Source: an uncultured Spirochaetales bacterium
GTDB taxonomy: Bacteria > Spirochaetota > Spirochaetia > Treponematales > JBGSOB01
DNA: 64,000 bases
Direction: 5' to 3'
Assembly: GCA_964538705.1 (NCBI GenBank)
Contig: CAZIEI010000003.1
Span: 62 to 64,061, forward strand
Below are positions 1 to 9,621 of the stretch, piece by piece (positions within the stretch are counted from its first letter, which is position 1; the number at the start of each line of letters is the position of its first letter). Position numbers and translations under genes: made by a program. The notes below the pieces were generated by a model that was not told the DNA's origin, did no database searches, and saw only the letters and a list, made by a program, of their open reading frames with translations.

Positions 1-52
1 CCTCCTCGGGGAGGACGGCGACGACGAGCCCTTCGGATCGGACGCCGTCGGC

Positions 53-3000
53 ATGGCATTCGCCGGGGAGGGTCTTCCCGATCCCCTCCCCCTCATCCCC
101 GCCGGGGACCGGGCGGAGCCTTGGCTCGAATTCTGGAACGCGTGGCGCGCGGGCGGCCTCGAGGACGCGAGGGCCTTCCTCGAGGGCTCGGGCCCCGGAC
201 TCGACACGGACTGGGGCGTCCGCGCCCGGGCGGCCCTCGCCGTCGCCTCGGGCGCTCCCGCCTCCGCGATCGAAGGCATGGAACGGCTGAGGCTGAAGCG
301 CCCCGCGAGCCCGGTGATCAAGAAGGAGCTTCTCGACTGCCTTCTCGCCGTCGGCGAAGCGAAGCGGGCGATGGAGACCGCGCGGGGCCTCCTTTCCGAG
401 AGGAGGAGCCCGGGAAGGGAGCTGTCCTCGCCCTGGGAATACGTCCCCCCCGCGGTCGTCGTCCGCTGCGCGGAGTACGCCTCCCGTTCGGAGGGGCCTC
501 CGGCCACCCTCGCCCTCGACGCGCTCGAGGACTGCCTCGCTCGCGTCCCGCAGTACGCGCCCGCGTACGCGGCCGTCGCGCGCATCAGGACCGCGAAGGG
601 CGATCAGGGGGGCGCCGCCCTCCCCTCGCGGATCGCCGCCGCGCTCGCGCCCGAGGCGCCCCAATTCGCGTGGCTGGCCGCCGACGCCCTCCTCCGGGAG
701 CGGGGCGCTGAGGCGGCGATCGCCTTCCTCGGCCGCTCCTGCGCCGCCGTGCTCGGCAAGAGGGACCTCTCTGCCATGTGCCTCATGGCGCGCGACTTCT
801 GCGCGATGGCCGGGAACGATGAGGCCGCGGACCGCTTCTCGTCCCTCGCGGCCGAGGGATGGCCCTCCGACCCGGCTGTCCTCGCGGATCGCGCGTCCGC
901 CGCCGCCGCGGCCGGCGGCTTCGACGCCGCCGAGGAGATCGCGGCGCGCATCGACGGCGGAGAGGGGAGGATCCACGCGCTCAAGGCGACATCCAGAATC
1001 GCAGCCATGAAAGGCTCGCTCTCCTCCGCGCGGGAATTTTTGCTCGCCTGGAACGGCGCCGAACCGCAATCCGCGGAAGCCCTCTCCCTCCTCCTCGCCC
1101 TCGAGGAATTCGAATCGGGCCCGGAGCGGGCGCTCGCCATCGCCGAGGAGAGGTACGCCTCGTATCCCGCGGACGACGGGGTCCGGAATTGCCTGTACGG
1201 CCTCATCCGGCGCCTCCGCGGGGACGAGGCCGCGAGGCGGTTCCTCTGGTCCGCGCTGGAACGCGATCCCTGGGACGCGTGGACGATGCGGGAGATCGGC
1301 ATCCTCGAGACGGCCGAGGCGGAGACCCTTCCCGAGGCCGAGCGGAATCGGCTCCTCGAATCGGCCGCCGGCCTCCTCGAGTCATCGAGAGCGGTCGACC
1401 CCGCGGCTCCGGCGAACGGGTTCCTCGCGGCCAGGCTCGCCCAAGCGCGCGGCGCCCTCGGCGAGGCGGCCGACGCGGCGCTCGCCTCGATCGCCTCCGA
1501 TCCGCGGAACGCGGGATTCGCGTCGCAGGCGGGCGTCTTCATGGCCGGGCTCTCGGGCCCCGAACGGGCGGATTTCGCTGCGCGGCTCGAACGGGCGATC
1601 GCGCCCGGGCGCCATCGCGCCTCGGCGTTCGCGCTCGCCGCGACGATCGCCCGGTTCGTCGGGATCCGCGAAGCCCTCGACGCGCTCGACCGGATGATCG
1701 GCGTCGACGAGCGCCTCGAGCCGGACAGGCTCTCGTTCATGCTGGACTGTTGCCAGGGAGCGCTCCCCCGGGAGGCCGACCTCGACGAGGCGGTCGAGGG
1801 GAGCGGCGGGTTCGCCGGGGCCGCACGGCTCATGACGCGGGCGCGCGCGCTCGGCGCGATGGGCCGGACGGCGCGCGCGGCGGAGCTCCTCCTCGAGCGC
1901 GTCGCGGCCGCGCCAATGGACGCGCAAGCGCGCGCAACGGCGGTACAGGCCCTTTCCTCGCTCGAGCGGAAGGAGGAAGCGGCTTCACTTCTCGACGCGT
2001 TCACGGGGCTTTCCGCACCTGACGCGGGAGCGTTCGCGGCCATGGCGCGCGCAGCCATTTCGATCGAACGGAGCTCGATAGCCCTCGAACTCGTCGAATC
2101 CGCGCTCCGCAGGTACCCACGCGACGCGGCCCTCCTCTCCCTGTACGACGATCTGGGAGAGCGATTCCTCTTCGCGGAAAAGGCCGCAGCCGCCTGCGAG
2201 GAAGCCTTCCGGGCGACGGGCGATCCCGACATCGCCATCGCGGGAATGAGGGCCCGGAGGCGGCTCGAGGCCTGGGGCCCCGGCGCCGTCGAAGCCTCGG
2301 CCATGGAGGCGCTCGCCGCGCGACCCGGGCACGCGGGAACCGCGGATTTCCTCGCGCAGGTCCACGCTGACCGGGGCGCCTACGTCGAGGCCCTCGCCGT
2401 CCTGGACCGGTCCTTCCCCGTCAACGCGGGGTTCCTGGCGCGGGGCAGGAGAGGCGTCGTCCTCTTCATGCAGGGCGAGCGGATCAAGGCCGTCTCCGAG
2501 TTCGTTGCCGTCCTCGTGGAACGCCCCGAGTACGATTGGGGCTGGTACGCCCTCGGATCGGTGATCGCGCAAACGGACGATTTCCTCGACGAGGCGCTCG
2601 CTCCCCTCGTCCCCGTCCTCGAACGCTTCCCCGGGCGCGCGCTCTCGCTCATCGCCGCGCGCGAGCCCCTCAAGGCGGCGCCGGGAGCCATAGTCGGGGC
2701 GCTCGCCGCCGCCGCCGAGCGCCTCCCCGGCATGCCCTCCCTCTCGGACGCCGCGCTGCGCCGCTGCCGGGCGGACGCCGACCGATTGGCCTCGATCGAA
2801 CGCTCGCTTCTCGAGGGATTTCCCTCCCATCCGGCCTCGCTCATCCACAGGATCGAGCGTTCCCCGCCGTCATGCATGGGCCCCCTCCTCCTCGAATACT
2901 GGGACCTCGACGCGTCCGCCCGCGCGCCCTACGACGCGCTCCTCTGGGCCCTCTCCCGGAAGGAGGACGCGGCGAAGGCCATCATGACCGCGTTCTATCC

Positions 3001-3967
3001 GGGGCTGAAGGAAGGGAGGATAGACCGCGCGTCCGTCGCCGCCTGCGCCTCAGCCCTCGAGGCGATGCCCTTCGGCTCCTTCGCGGGAGCCTTTCCGGAG
3101 GAGTGGAGGGCTTCCGAGGAATCCGCCTCGACCAAGGCCGTCGCCCTCCTTGACGCTTGTCCCTCTTCTCCCGCGGGCGACGCGGCGGCCTGCGCCATCC
3201 TCTCCTGGCTCGAGGGGAACAACCGCCTGGACGCCGCGGCGCGCTTCCACACGTCCCATCCCGATCGCTTCGAAACGGGCAGCGAAGGATGGGAGCGGCG
3301 CGTCTACGCCTACGTCGCGAGCGGGGACCTCGAGTCCGCGCGGAGGGAGACCGCGGGATGGACGGGCACGCGGGGCGCCTCCCTCTGGACCGGCTGGAAC
3401 GCCCTAGTCGCCCTAGGCGCGGCCGATGTTAATCAGGGCGATCCCGGGAAAATCGCCGAGGCCGCCCGCGCCTATCTCGGGAAGCTCGAACCCGACGGGC
3501 TCGCGCGGGCGACGGTTTACGCCCTCGCCGAGGCCCTCCTCAGGATGGAGAAGGACGATGAATTCCTCGCCCTCGCCTCCTCATGGGACGAGGCCTTCTC
3601 GGCCGCGAGGCCCGGGTATTGGTTGCCGAATGGCAAGGAATGGTGGCGGGAGTCCATGCCACGCATGGCGGAAATCCTCCGCGCGCGGCCCGGCGAGGAG
3701 GAAGCCGAAGGCGCCTTCGCGGCAATCCGCGGCTCGGCGCCCCCGAAGTGGGCCATGGCCAGGGCGATCGAGGCGATCGCCGGGGACAATCCTTTGCGCC
3801 GGGCCGCCCTGAAGGTCCGCGCCGCGACGGGAAGACGACACTCGAATTCGGGCGCGTCCGCCCGCCCCTCCGGAAACGGAGCGCGATCCACGGTGCCCTA
3901 CTTCACGATTATCGTGGTCGTAATAGCGCTCCTACGGTTGATCAAGGCCTGCTCCTCGACGATGTGA
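53..3967 (+). CDS. Large Ala/Leu/Arg-rich helical-repeat (TPR-like) protein with hydrophobic C-terminal segment; possibly 5'-truncated by the window edge
   Basis: 1304-aa ORF with native GC3-rich codon use. The composition looks like helical repeats, but no specific family was recognised. The C-terminus carries VPYFTIIVVVIALLRLI. The frame stays open upstream to nt 2, so the true start may lie outside the window. Confidence 0.6.
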   Translation: MAFAGEGLPDPLPLIPAGDRAEPWLEFWNAWRAGGLEDARAFLEGSGPGLDTDWGVRARAALAVASGAPASAIEGMERLRLKRPASPVIKKELLDCLLAVGEAKRAMETARGLLSERRSPGRELSSPWEYVPPAVVVRCAEYASRSEGPPATLALDALEDCLARVPQYAPAYAAVARIRTAKGDQGGAALPSRIAAALAPEAPQFAWLAADALLRERGAEAAIAFLGRSCAAVLGKRDLSAMCLMARDFCAMAGNDEAADRFSSLAAEGWPSDPAVLADRASAAAAAGGFDAAEEIAARIDGGEGRIHALKATSRIAAMKGSLSSAREFLLAWNGAEPQSAEALSLLLALEEFESGPERALAIAEERYASYPADDGVRNCLYGLIRRLRGDEAARRFLWSALERDPWDAWTMREIGILETAEAETLPEAERNRLLESAAGLLESSRAVDPAAPANGFLAARLAQARGALGEAADAALASIASDPRNAGFASQAGVFMAGLSGPERADFAARLERAIAPGRHRASAFALAATIARFVGIREALDALDRMIGVDERLEPDRLSFMLDCCQGALPREADLDEAVEGSGGFAGAARLMTRARALGAMGRTARAAELLLERVAAAPMDAQARATAVQALSSLERKEEAASLLDAFTGLSAPDAGAFAAMARAAISIERSSIALELVESALRRYPRDAALLSLYDDLGERFLFAEKAAAACEEAFRATGDPDIAIAGMRARRRLEAWGPGAVEASAMEALAARPGHAGTADFLAQVHADRGAYVEALAVLDRSFPVNAGFLARGRRGVVLFMQGERIKAVSEFVAVLVERPEYDWGWYALGSVIAQTDDFLDEALAPLVPVLERFPGRALSLIAAREPLKAAPGAIVGALAAAAERLPGMPSLSDAALRRCRADADRLASIERSLLEGFPSHPASLIHRIERSPPSCMGPLLLEYWDLDASARAPYDALLWALSRKEDAAKAIMTAFYPGLKEGRIDRASVAACASALEAMPFGSFAGAFPEEWRASEESASTKAVALLDACPSSPAGDAAACAILSWLEGNNRLDAAARFHTSHPDRFETGSEGWERRVYAYVASGDLESARRETAGWTGTRGASLWTGWNALVALGAADVNQGDPGKIAEAARAYLGKLEPDGLARATVYALAEALLRMEKDDEFLALASSWDEAFSAARPGYWLPNGKEWWRESMPRMAEILRARPGEEEAEGAFAAIRGSAPPKWAMARAIEAIAGDNPLRRAALKVRAATGRRHSNSGASARPSGNGARSTVPYFTIIVVVIALLRLIKACSSTM

Positions 3968-4004
3968 GGATCCGCGCCGCGGAGCCGAGCGCGCCCCGGA
4001 ACGG

Positions 4005-4553
4005 TCAACGGCGCCCTCTGCCCCCCAGCGCCTCCATCGCCCGCTCGAGGCTCTCCGCCACGCTCATCTCGCCCTCGAGCCTCAGGATCGGGCAGGAGAG
4101 CTTCTTCATCCATTCTTCCTCGCTCGCCCTGCTCCGCATCCCCATACCGCCCGAGTCGTATTCCATGGCCCAGGCGATGAAGGTCTCGAACTGCCTCCTC
4201 AAGGGGCCGCCCGGGTCGACGCTCGGGCCGAAGCGCTCTCGCTCCCGCCACTCGAGCCGCGCCTTCCTCAGGTCCGCCGGTTTCCATACGTAGATCGCGA
4301 GCTCGAGATCGGGAATCAGGAAATCGCCCCAGCCCATCATCGATCCCGATACGATCCAGTCGCCTTCGGGTTTCGCGTCCGCGGCGAGAAGGGCGATCCG
4401 CTCCTCGGTCGGCCGCTTCCGCATGAAGGGCGGCTCCGTGGGCAGCCAGAAGTAGTCGTCGGAGTCGAGGAGGGGGACGCCCGTTTCCGCGGAGAGGGCC
4501 TTCCCCAGAGTGGTCGTTCCCGAGCCCGAGGGCCCGAGGAGGTGAACGCGCAC
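4005..4553 (-). CDS. P-loop NTPase, adenylate-kinase / topology-modulation (FlaR)-like
   Basis: 182 aa with a GTG start at 4553. Walker A motif GPSGSGTTTLGK lies at the N-terminus, followed by LDSDDYFW, as in small AAA/adenylate-kinase-like proteins. Confidence 0.75.
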   Translation of the reverse strand: MRVHLLGPSGSGTTTLGKALSAETGVPLLDSDDYFWLPTEPPFMRKRPTEERIALLAADAKPEGDWIVSGSMMGWGDFLIPDLELAIYVWKPADLRKARLEWRERERFGPSVDPGGPLRRQFETFIAWAMEYDSGGMGMRSRASEEEWMKKLSCPILRLEGEMSVAESLERAMEALGGRGRR

Positions 4554-4560
4554 GGCCTTA

Positions 4561-4755
4561 GCCCGAAATTCTCACACCTTGCCGCATACTTCCTCCTTAT
4601 GATTCCTTAAAAGTGACATGCGGCAAGGCCCGTAAAATCGGGCCGATCTCCGCGTCTCTCATTCGCCTCGCTACTCACATGCACGGAGCATGCTCCGTGC
4701 CTCGGCTTCATTCGTTCCTCGATCTCGGCCCGATTTTACTGTGAGAATTCCGGGC
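4561..4755. mobile_element. MITE-like non-autonomous element (195 bp) with 16-bp terminal inverted repeats and flanking TA duplication
   Basis: Left end gcccgaaattctcaca (4561-4576) matches the reverse complement of the right end tgtgagaattccgggc (4740-4755) at 15/16. TA flanks both ends at 4559-4560 and 4756-4757. Internal structure: hairpin 4577-4587/4618-4628, 15-bp inverted repeat 4632-4646/4725-4739, and 20-nt palindrome 4681-4700. Confidence 0.5.
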
Positions 4756-5957
4756 TAGACCGCCTGAGCGATGACGCAGACTAGATAGCGCGACTCGGGA
4801 TGCCCGAGGAGGACGGGGTGGTCCTTCGACTGGCCGCGGATCTCCGCGATCCGGAGCGAGACGCCCGCGTCCCGCGCGGCCTCCCTGAGCATCGAGAGGA
4901 ACTTGTCCGGTCCGAAGCGCTGAGAGCAGGCCGAGGTGACGATCCAGCCCCCGCGCTCGAGGACGGAGAGGCCGCGGAGGTTGATCTCCTTGTATCCGCG
5001 GAAGGCCCCCTCCTCCGATTCGCGGTCGCGCGCGAAGGGCGGAGGATCAAGGGACACGAGCCCGTATTTCCGCTTGCCGCGCTCGGCGTCCCGGAGGAAG
5101 TCGAAGGCGTTCTCGCGGATCAAGGACGACCTGGCCTCGCCTAAGCCATTGAGGGCGAGGTTCTCCCTCGCGAGCGCGATTGCCTCCTCGGAGGAATCGA
5201 CGAAGTCCGCGGAGGCGGCTCCGGCCTTGAGCGCGGCCAGGGCGAAGCCTCCCGAATTGCAGAAGACGTCGAGGACGGTCCTCCCCTTCGCGTAGGCGGC
5301 GGCCGCGGCCCGATTGTCCCGCTGATCGAGGTAGTGCCCGGTCTTGTGCCCCTTCTCGAAGTCGACCCGCATGAGGACGCCGTTCTCGTCGATGACGAGG
5401 GAGCCGGGGCAGCCCGGGTCCGCCGAGCGCACCTCTCCAGCGAGCCCCTCGAGGGAACGCGCGTGCGCGTCCGATCGCTCGACGAGGAAGGCGCCAGCGA
5501 GCCGCTCCGCGAGCGCGCCGCGGATGTCCTCGCGCCGCGCGTCCGTCCCCGCGCAGAGGAGCTGGTAGACCGCGACGCGGCCCTCGCCCCGGACGCCGTT
5601 GTAGACATCGACGATCAGCCCGGGCGCGCGGTCGGCCTCGGCGAAGAGGAGGCGGTAGGAGTCGCGCTCGGGGTCGAGGAAGGAGGCGCGGTATTCCATG
5701 GCCTCCGCGATGCGGCGCTTCCAGAAGCCGCGGTCGATCCCCTCCTTGGACCTCGTCGCGATCCTGACGCGGATCCTCGAGGCGGGGCTGAAGAGACCGC
5801 GGCCCAGGTAGCGCTTCCGGGAGCTCTCCACGTCCACGGTATCGCCCGGGCCGGGGTTTCCCTCCACGGCCTCTATCTCGTTGTCGTAGACCCAGGGATG
5901 GCCCGCGAGGATGCGCTCCTCCTCCCTGCGCGCCAAGATTACCCTCGCGACGCTCAT
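4755..5957 (-). CDS. rlmI: Class I SAM-dependent rRNA (cytosine-C5) methyltransferase, RlmI/YccW-like (PUA + MTase)
   Basis: 400 aa. The N-terminus RILAGHPWVYDNEI is typical of the RlmI PUA-like region. The C-terminal half has a Rossmann SAM-binding segment (VLDVFCNSGGFAL) and DPPPF. The ATG overlaps the ppk stop (ATGA, 5954-5957). Confidence 0.8.
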   Translation of the reverse strand: MSVARVILARREEERILAGHPWVYDNEIEAVEGNPGPGDTVDVESSRKRYLGRGLFSPASRIRVRIATRSKEGIDRGFWKRRIAEAMEYRASFLDPERDSYRLLFAEADRAPGLIVDVYNGVRGEGRVAVYQLLCAGTDARREDIRGALAERLAGAFLVERSDAHARSLEGLAGEVRSADPGCPGSLVIDENGVLMRVDFEKGHKTGHYLDQRDNRAAAAAYAKGRTVLDVFCNSGGFALAALKAGAASADFVDSSEEAIALARENLALNGLGEARSSLIRENAFDFLRDAERGKRKYGLVSLDPPPFARDRESEEGAFRGYKEINLRGLSVLERGGWIVTSACSQRFGPDKFLSMLREAARDAGVSLRIAEIRGQSKDHPVLLGHPESRYLVCVIAQAV

Positions 5958-8065
5958 GAATCCGCCCCCGGCCTGCTCCGCCTCACCTCGAGGAGGGGCG
6001 ACGGCGCCTCAGCTGCGGCGCTCAGCCCCTCGTAGAAGCGGCGGAAGCCCTCCTGGGCGCGGAAGGGCGTTTCGCCTCGAGCGGGCGATCTCCGCGTCCA
6101 CGCGCCGTCCGGCTGGAGGTCGTGGGCGTTCCGGTTGTCGTCGAAGTAGCGCTTCAGGATCCAGAGCGCTCGATCGCGGCACGCGCGGTCGAGTACCGGG
6201 AAGAGAAGCTCGATGCGCTTGTCCAGGTTGCGCTCCATCCAGTCCGCGCTCGAGAGGTAAAGCTCCTCGGCGCCGCCGTTCGCGAAATAGATGATCCGCG
6301 AGTGCTCGAGGTAGCGGTCCACGACGCTCGTCACGCTGACGTTCTCGGAGAGGCCCTTGACGCCGGGCGCCAGCGCGCATATCCCGCGCACGTTGAGGCG
6401 CACCGTAACGCCCGCCCGTGACGCCCGGTAGAGCGCCCTGATGACGGCCGGATCGGTGAGGGCGTTGAGCTTCGCGACGATGAGGCCGGGGTACTCCTGG
6501 CTCCTCCGGGCGATTTCGCGGTCGATGAGGGCGATGATCCTGTCGCGGAGGTGGAAGGGCGCCATCGTGAGGCGCTTCCCCGCCTGAACCTCGGAGTAGC
6601 CCGTGATCGCGTTGAAGAAGAGCGAGGCCTCGTAGCAGAATCCGCTCTCCGCGGTGAAGAGGGAGAGGTCGGAATAGATCCTCGCGGTGCGGTCGTTGTA
6701 ATTGCCCGTGGAGAGGTGGAGGTAGGGCCTGACGCCGTCCGCCTCGCGTCTCAGGACCATTGCCGCCTTCGCGTGCACCTTGAGCCGCGCGATCCCGTGC
6801 ACGACGATGGCCCCCGCGCGCTCGAGGCGGCCCGCCCAGGAGATGTTCTTGTCCTCGTCGAACCGGGCCTTGAGCTCGACCACCGCTGTGACTTGCTTGC
6901 CCTTCATGGCGGCCCGCTCGAGGGCCTTCACGATCGGGGAGTCGCCGGAGGTCCGGTAGAGCGTCATCTTGATCGCGAGGACGTCGGGGTCGTCGGCGGC
7001 GTCCGAGACGAAACGGACTACGGGATCGAAGGACTCGTACGGCGTGAAGAGGAGGGCGTCGCCGCGCTTCAGGGCTTCCCAGATCGGCTCCTCGGCGGAG
7101 AGCGCGGTCGAGGGGAGGGGCGGCCATTCCTCGTTCCGGAGGGCCGATCGCCCCGGCAGGGACGCGAAGGGCATGAAGGCCCTGAGGTCGAGGGGCCCGT
7201 CCATCGCGTAGAGGTCCCGCTCCGCGAGACCGAGCCGCTTCCCGAGGATATCCGCGATCGCCTCCCCGCCCCGCTCGAACGCGAGGCGGACCGGGGCGGA
7301 GCTCTGTCTGTCGACGAGCACTTCCCTCATCGCCGAGAGGAAGTCCTCGCCGCTCTCCTCGTCGACGGCGAAGTCCGCGTCGCGGGTGAGCCTGACGCAG
7401 GCGCGCTCGCGCACCTTCCTTCCCTGGAAAAGGGATCCCCCCCATTCGATCGCGAGATCCTCGAGGAGGGCGTAATCCTCCCTCCCGTCCTCGGAGGGAA
7501 GCTTAATGAAGCGAGGAAGGCCCGGGGGCATCTGGGCGAGCGCAAGGTCCGGCCCGCCCTCGCCGCCGTCTAGGAGGAAGGCAGCGTGGATGCGGAGGTT
7601 TCCGATCGGCGGAAGCCCCTCCGAGGCCGGTGCGCGCACGGGAGAGAGGAGATGGAAGACGTCCCGCATGAAGTACGCCTCGAGATGGGCGCGCTGGGCG
7701 GGCGTCCAATCGCGCGGCCGCGGGAAGCGGAGCCCGGCCTTCTCAAGCCCCGGCAATACGGACCGCGCGAGCGTCCCGTATTGCGCGTCGATGATCTCCC
7801 TCGCGCGGGCGGAGATCGCCTCGAGAAGCTCGGCGGGGGCCAGGCCCGAGGGGTCGAGGGCGTCCGGTCGCTCCGCCGCGAGGCGCTTGAGGCCGGCCAC
7901 GCGGACCATGAAGAACTCATCGAAGTTCGATGCCACGATGCAGAGGAAGGAAAGCCGCTCGAGGAGCGGCAGGGATTCCTCGCGGGCCTCAGAGAGAACG
8001 CGGGCGTTGAATTCGAGCCAGGAGAGCTCGCGGCTGAAGAACTCCCGAACGCGGGGCCGCTTCAC
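5954..8065 (-). CDS. ppk1: Polyphosphate kinase 1
   Basis: The PPK1-like sequence starts at VKRPRVREFFSRELSWLEFNARVLSEA (GTG at 8065). The C-terminal region contains HGIARLKVHAKAAMV. The 438 residues upstream in the 1142-aa track ORF are an Arg/Gly-rich shadow of ppx and were trimmed. Resulting length is 703 aa. Confidence 0.9.
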   Translation of the reverse strand: MKRPRVREFFSRELSWLEFNARVLSEAREESLPLLERLSFLCIVASNFDEFFMVRVAGLKRLAAERPDALDPSGLAPAELLEAISARAREIIDAQYGTLARSVLPGLEKAGLRFPRPRDWTPAQRAHLEAYFMRDVFHLLSPVRAPASEGLPPIGNLRIHAAFLLDGGEGGPDLALAQMPPGLPRFIKLPSEDGREDYALLEDLAIEWGGSLFQGRKVRERACVRLTRDADFAVDEESGEDFLSAMREVLVDRQSSAPVRLAFERGGEAIADILGKRLGLAERDLYAMDGPLDLRAFMPFASLPGRSALRNEEWPPLPSTALSAEEPIWEALKRGDALLFTPYESFDPVVRFVSDAADDPDVLAIKMTLYRTSGDSPIVKALERAAMKGKQVTAVVELKARFDEDKNISWAGRLERAGAIVVHGIARLKVHAKAAMVLRREADGVRPYLHLSTGNYNDRTARIYSDLSLFTAESGFCYEASLFFNAITGYSEVQAGKRLTMAPFHLRDRIIALIDREIARRSQEYPGLIVAKLNALTDPAVIRALYRASRAGVTVRLNVRGICALAPGVKGLSENVSVTSVVDRYLEHSRIIYFANGGAEELYLSSADWMERNLDKRIELLFPVLDRACRDRALWILKRYFDDNRNAHDLQPDGAWTRRSPARGETPFRAQEGFRRFYEGLSAAAEAPSPLLEVRRSRPGADS

Positions 8066-9621
8066 GACAGCGCCGCCTTGAGGCCGAAGGCCTCCTCGAG
8101 GAGATTCGCTTTCTCCGCGAGCGAATAGCGCTCGAGCGAGAGGTCCGCCGAGCCCTCCGCCCGGATGACGATGCCGGCGTCGGTCCGCTCGATGGAGCGG
8201 ATGACTACGCGTTGGCCGTGGCCCCGGTCCAGGGCGTCGGCGACGCGGAGGATGGCCGCGAGCTTCATCACCGTGATCCTCGCCCGGGGGGGGAGGCTCG
8301 TGAAGCCGGGGTGGCTCGGCTGGGGCGTTTGCTTGCGGTGGTAGCGGACCACGCTGGAGAGGACCGCCGCGTCGTCCTTCCTGAGTCCGAAGATCTCCGA
8401 ATTCGCCACGATGTACTCCGAGTGCTTGTGGTGCCCGCTCGTCTTGATGAAGGTCCCGATGTCGTGGAGGATCGCGCCAACCTCGAGGAGGAGCCGCTCG
8501 TGCGGGCCCAGGCCGTGGTCGGCCTGGAGGAAGTCGAAGAGCGCGAGCGAGAGGGAGGCCACGTGGAGGGAGTGCGCCTCGTCGTAGCGGTAGCGCCTCC
8601 CGAGGGCCTCGGCGGAGGCGATCACCTGCGCGCGGTACTCCTCCTCCTCCTCGAGCCCGGCGGGTCCCGCGGATATGCTCACGAGCATGCCCTCGCGGAT
8701 GCTCGCGTCCGGCACGATCACCTCGTCCGCGCTCGTCTCCTCGAGGAAGAGCCGCGCCACGCGGAGCCCGGGCGCCATCCCCTCGGTCTCGGAGAGCGGG
8801 ACCCGGAGCGCGGCCGCGAGATCCTCGGGCTTGGCGGCGGCGATCTCCTCCTCGAACCGGAGAAAGGCCGTCCGCGGCACCGTCCAGTAGGATTCCCCCG
8901 CCCGCTTCCCGACGCGCTCGGCCGCGATGCGTGCGTCCGATCCGATGCAGATGAAGTTCCGCACGCCCTTGAGCTTGAACTCCGTGGAGAGCCGCTCGCA
9001 AGCCGTGGCGATCCCCTCCTCGATGAGGCGCGAGAGGAATCGGCCCGTGCCGGAGGCGTCCTTGGACTGCTGCTGGATCCTCACCGTGCCCACGCCGAGG
9101 GAGTGCGCGGCGGCGATGCGGTTCCGCTTGAGGAGCATGAGCTCCGTCGAGCCGCCTCCCACCTCGATCACCATGGAATTGGACTTCGCCATCTCCGCGA
9201 GGTGGTCCTTGAGCGCGTGCCTGAGCGCGAGGTGCATGAGCCTGATTTCCTCGATGCCCTCGACCGTCTCCACGCGGAAACCGGACTGAAGGGCGACGCG
9301 GTCCATGAAGGTCTCGCGGTTGCGCGCCTCCCTGATCGCGCTCGTCGCGATGCAAGACGCGTCCTTCGGGTCCACCCCCCATCCGAGGAGGAGCTCCCTA
9401 AAGCCCTTGAGGATCGCGAGGCAGCGCGACGCCGTCTCGCGCGAGATCATGCCCGTCGTGAACACGTCGCGCCCAAGCGCGAGCGGCTTGCCGGCGCGAT
9501 CGATCACCTCGAACCCGCCCTTCCCGTCCACGCGCGCGAGGAGGAGCCTGATCCCGGTCGATCCGATCTCGACGACCGCGATCGGGCCCGCCGCGCGCCC
9601 CGCGGCCTCGCCGTCGCTCAC
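8062..9621 (-). CDS. ppx: Exopolyphosphatase / guanosine pentaphosphate phosphohydrolase (Ppx/GppA) with C-terminal HD domain
   Basis: Ppx/GppA N-terminus: IAVVEIGSTGIRLLLARV, then VIEVGGGSTEL. HD-domain motif: ILHDIGTFIKTSGHHKHSEY. The start was moved to the GTG at 9621, which overlaps the glucokinase stop (GTGA). The stop overlaps the ppk GTG (GTGA). Confidence 0.85.
   Translation of the reverse strand: MSDGEAAGRAAGPIAVVEIGSTGIRLLLARVDGKGGFEVIDRAGKPLALGRDVFTTGMISRETASRCLAILKGFRELLLGWGVDPKDASCIATSAIREARNRETFMDRVALQSGFRVETVEGIEEIRLMHLALRHALKDHLAEMAKSNSMVIEVGGGSTELMLLKRNRIAAAHSLGVGTVRIQQQSKDASGTGRFLSRLIEEGIATACERLSTEFKLKGVRNFICIGSDARIAAERVGKRAGESYWTVPRTAFLRFEEEIAAAKPEDLAAALRVPLSETEGMAPGLRVARLFLEETSADEVIVPDASIREGMLVSISAGPAGLEEEEEYRAQVIASAEALGRRYRYDEAHSLHVASLSLALFDFLQADHGLGPHERLLLEVGAILHDIGTFIKTSGHHKHSEYIVANSEIFGLRKDDAAVLSSVVRYHRKQTPQPSHPGFTSLPPRARITVMKLAAILRVADALDRGHGQRVVIRSIERTDAGIVIRAEGSADLSLERYSLAEKANLLEEAFGLKAALS

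Noticed and set aside
604-2304. Long antisense or alternative-frame ORFs, e.g. 604-2304(-), 8212-10317(+), 19096-21708(+), 25392-27383(-), 27178-28755(-), 28098-30359(+), 32199-34088(-), 34130-35227(-), 37527-38837(+), 45069-46511(+), 51353-52813(-), 59214-60395(-), 61106-62248(-), 62094-63803(-)
   Set aside because: All are extremely Arg/Gly/Pro/Ala/Asp-rich, lack any recognisable motif, and lie opposite or out of frame to genes with clear family signatures. This is the expected stop-codon-poor shadow-ORF artefact of about 68% GC DNA.
5954-9382. 1142-aa ORF in the track suggesting a giant PPK fusion protein
   Set aside because: Only the C-terminal 703 aa (from the GTG at 8065) look like PPK1. 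The upstream 438 residues are Arg/Gly/Pro-rich and lie in an alternative frame of the bona fide ppx gene, so they are a shadow frame.
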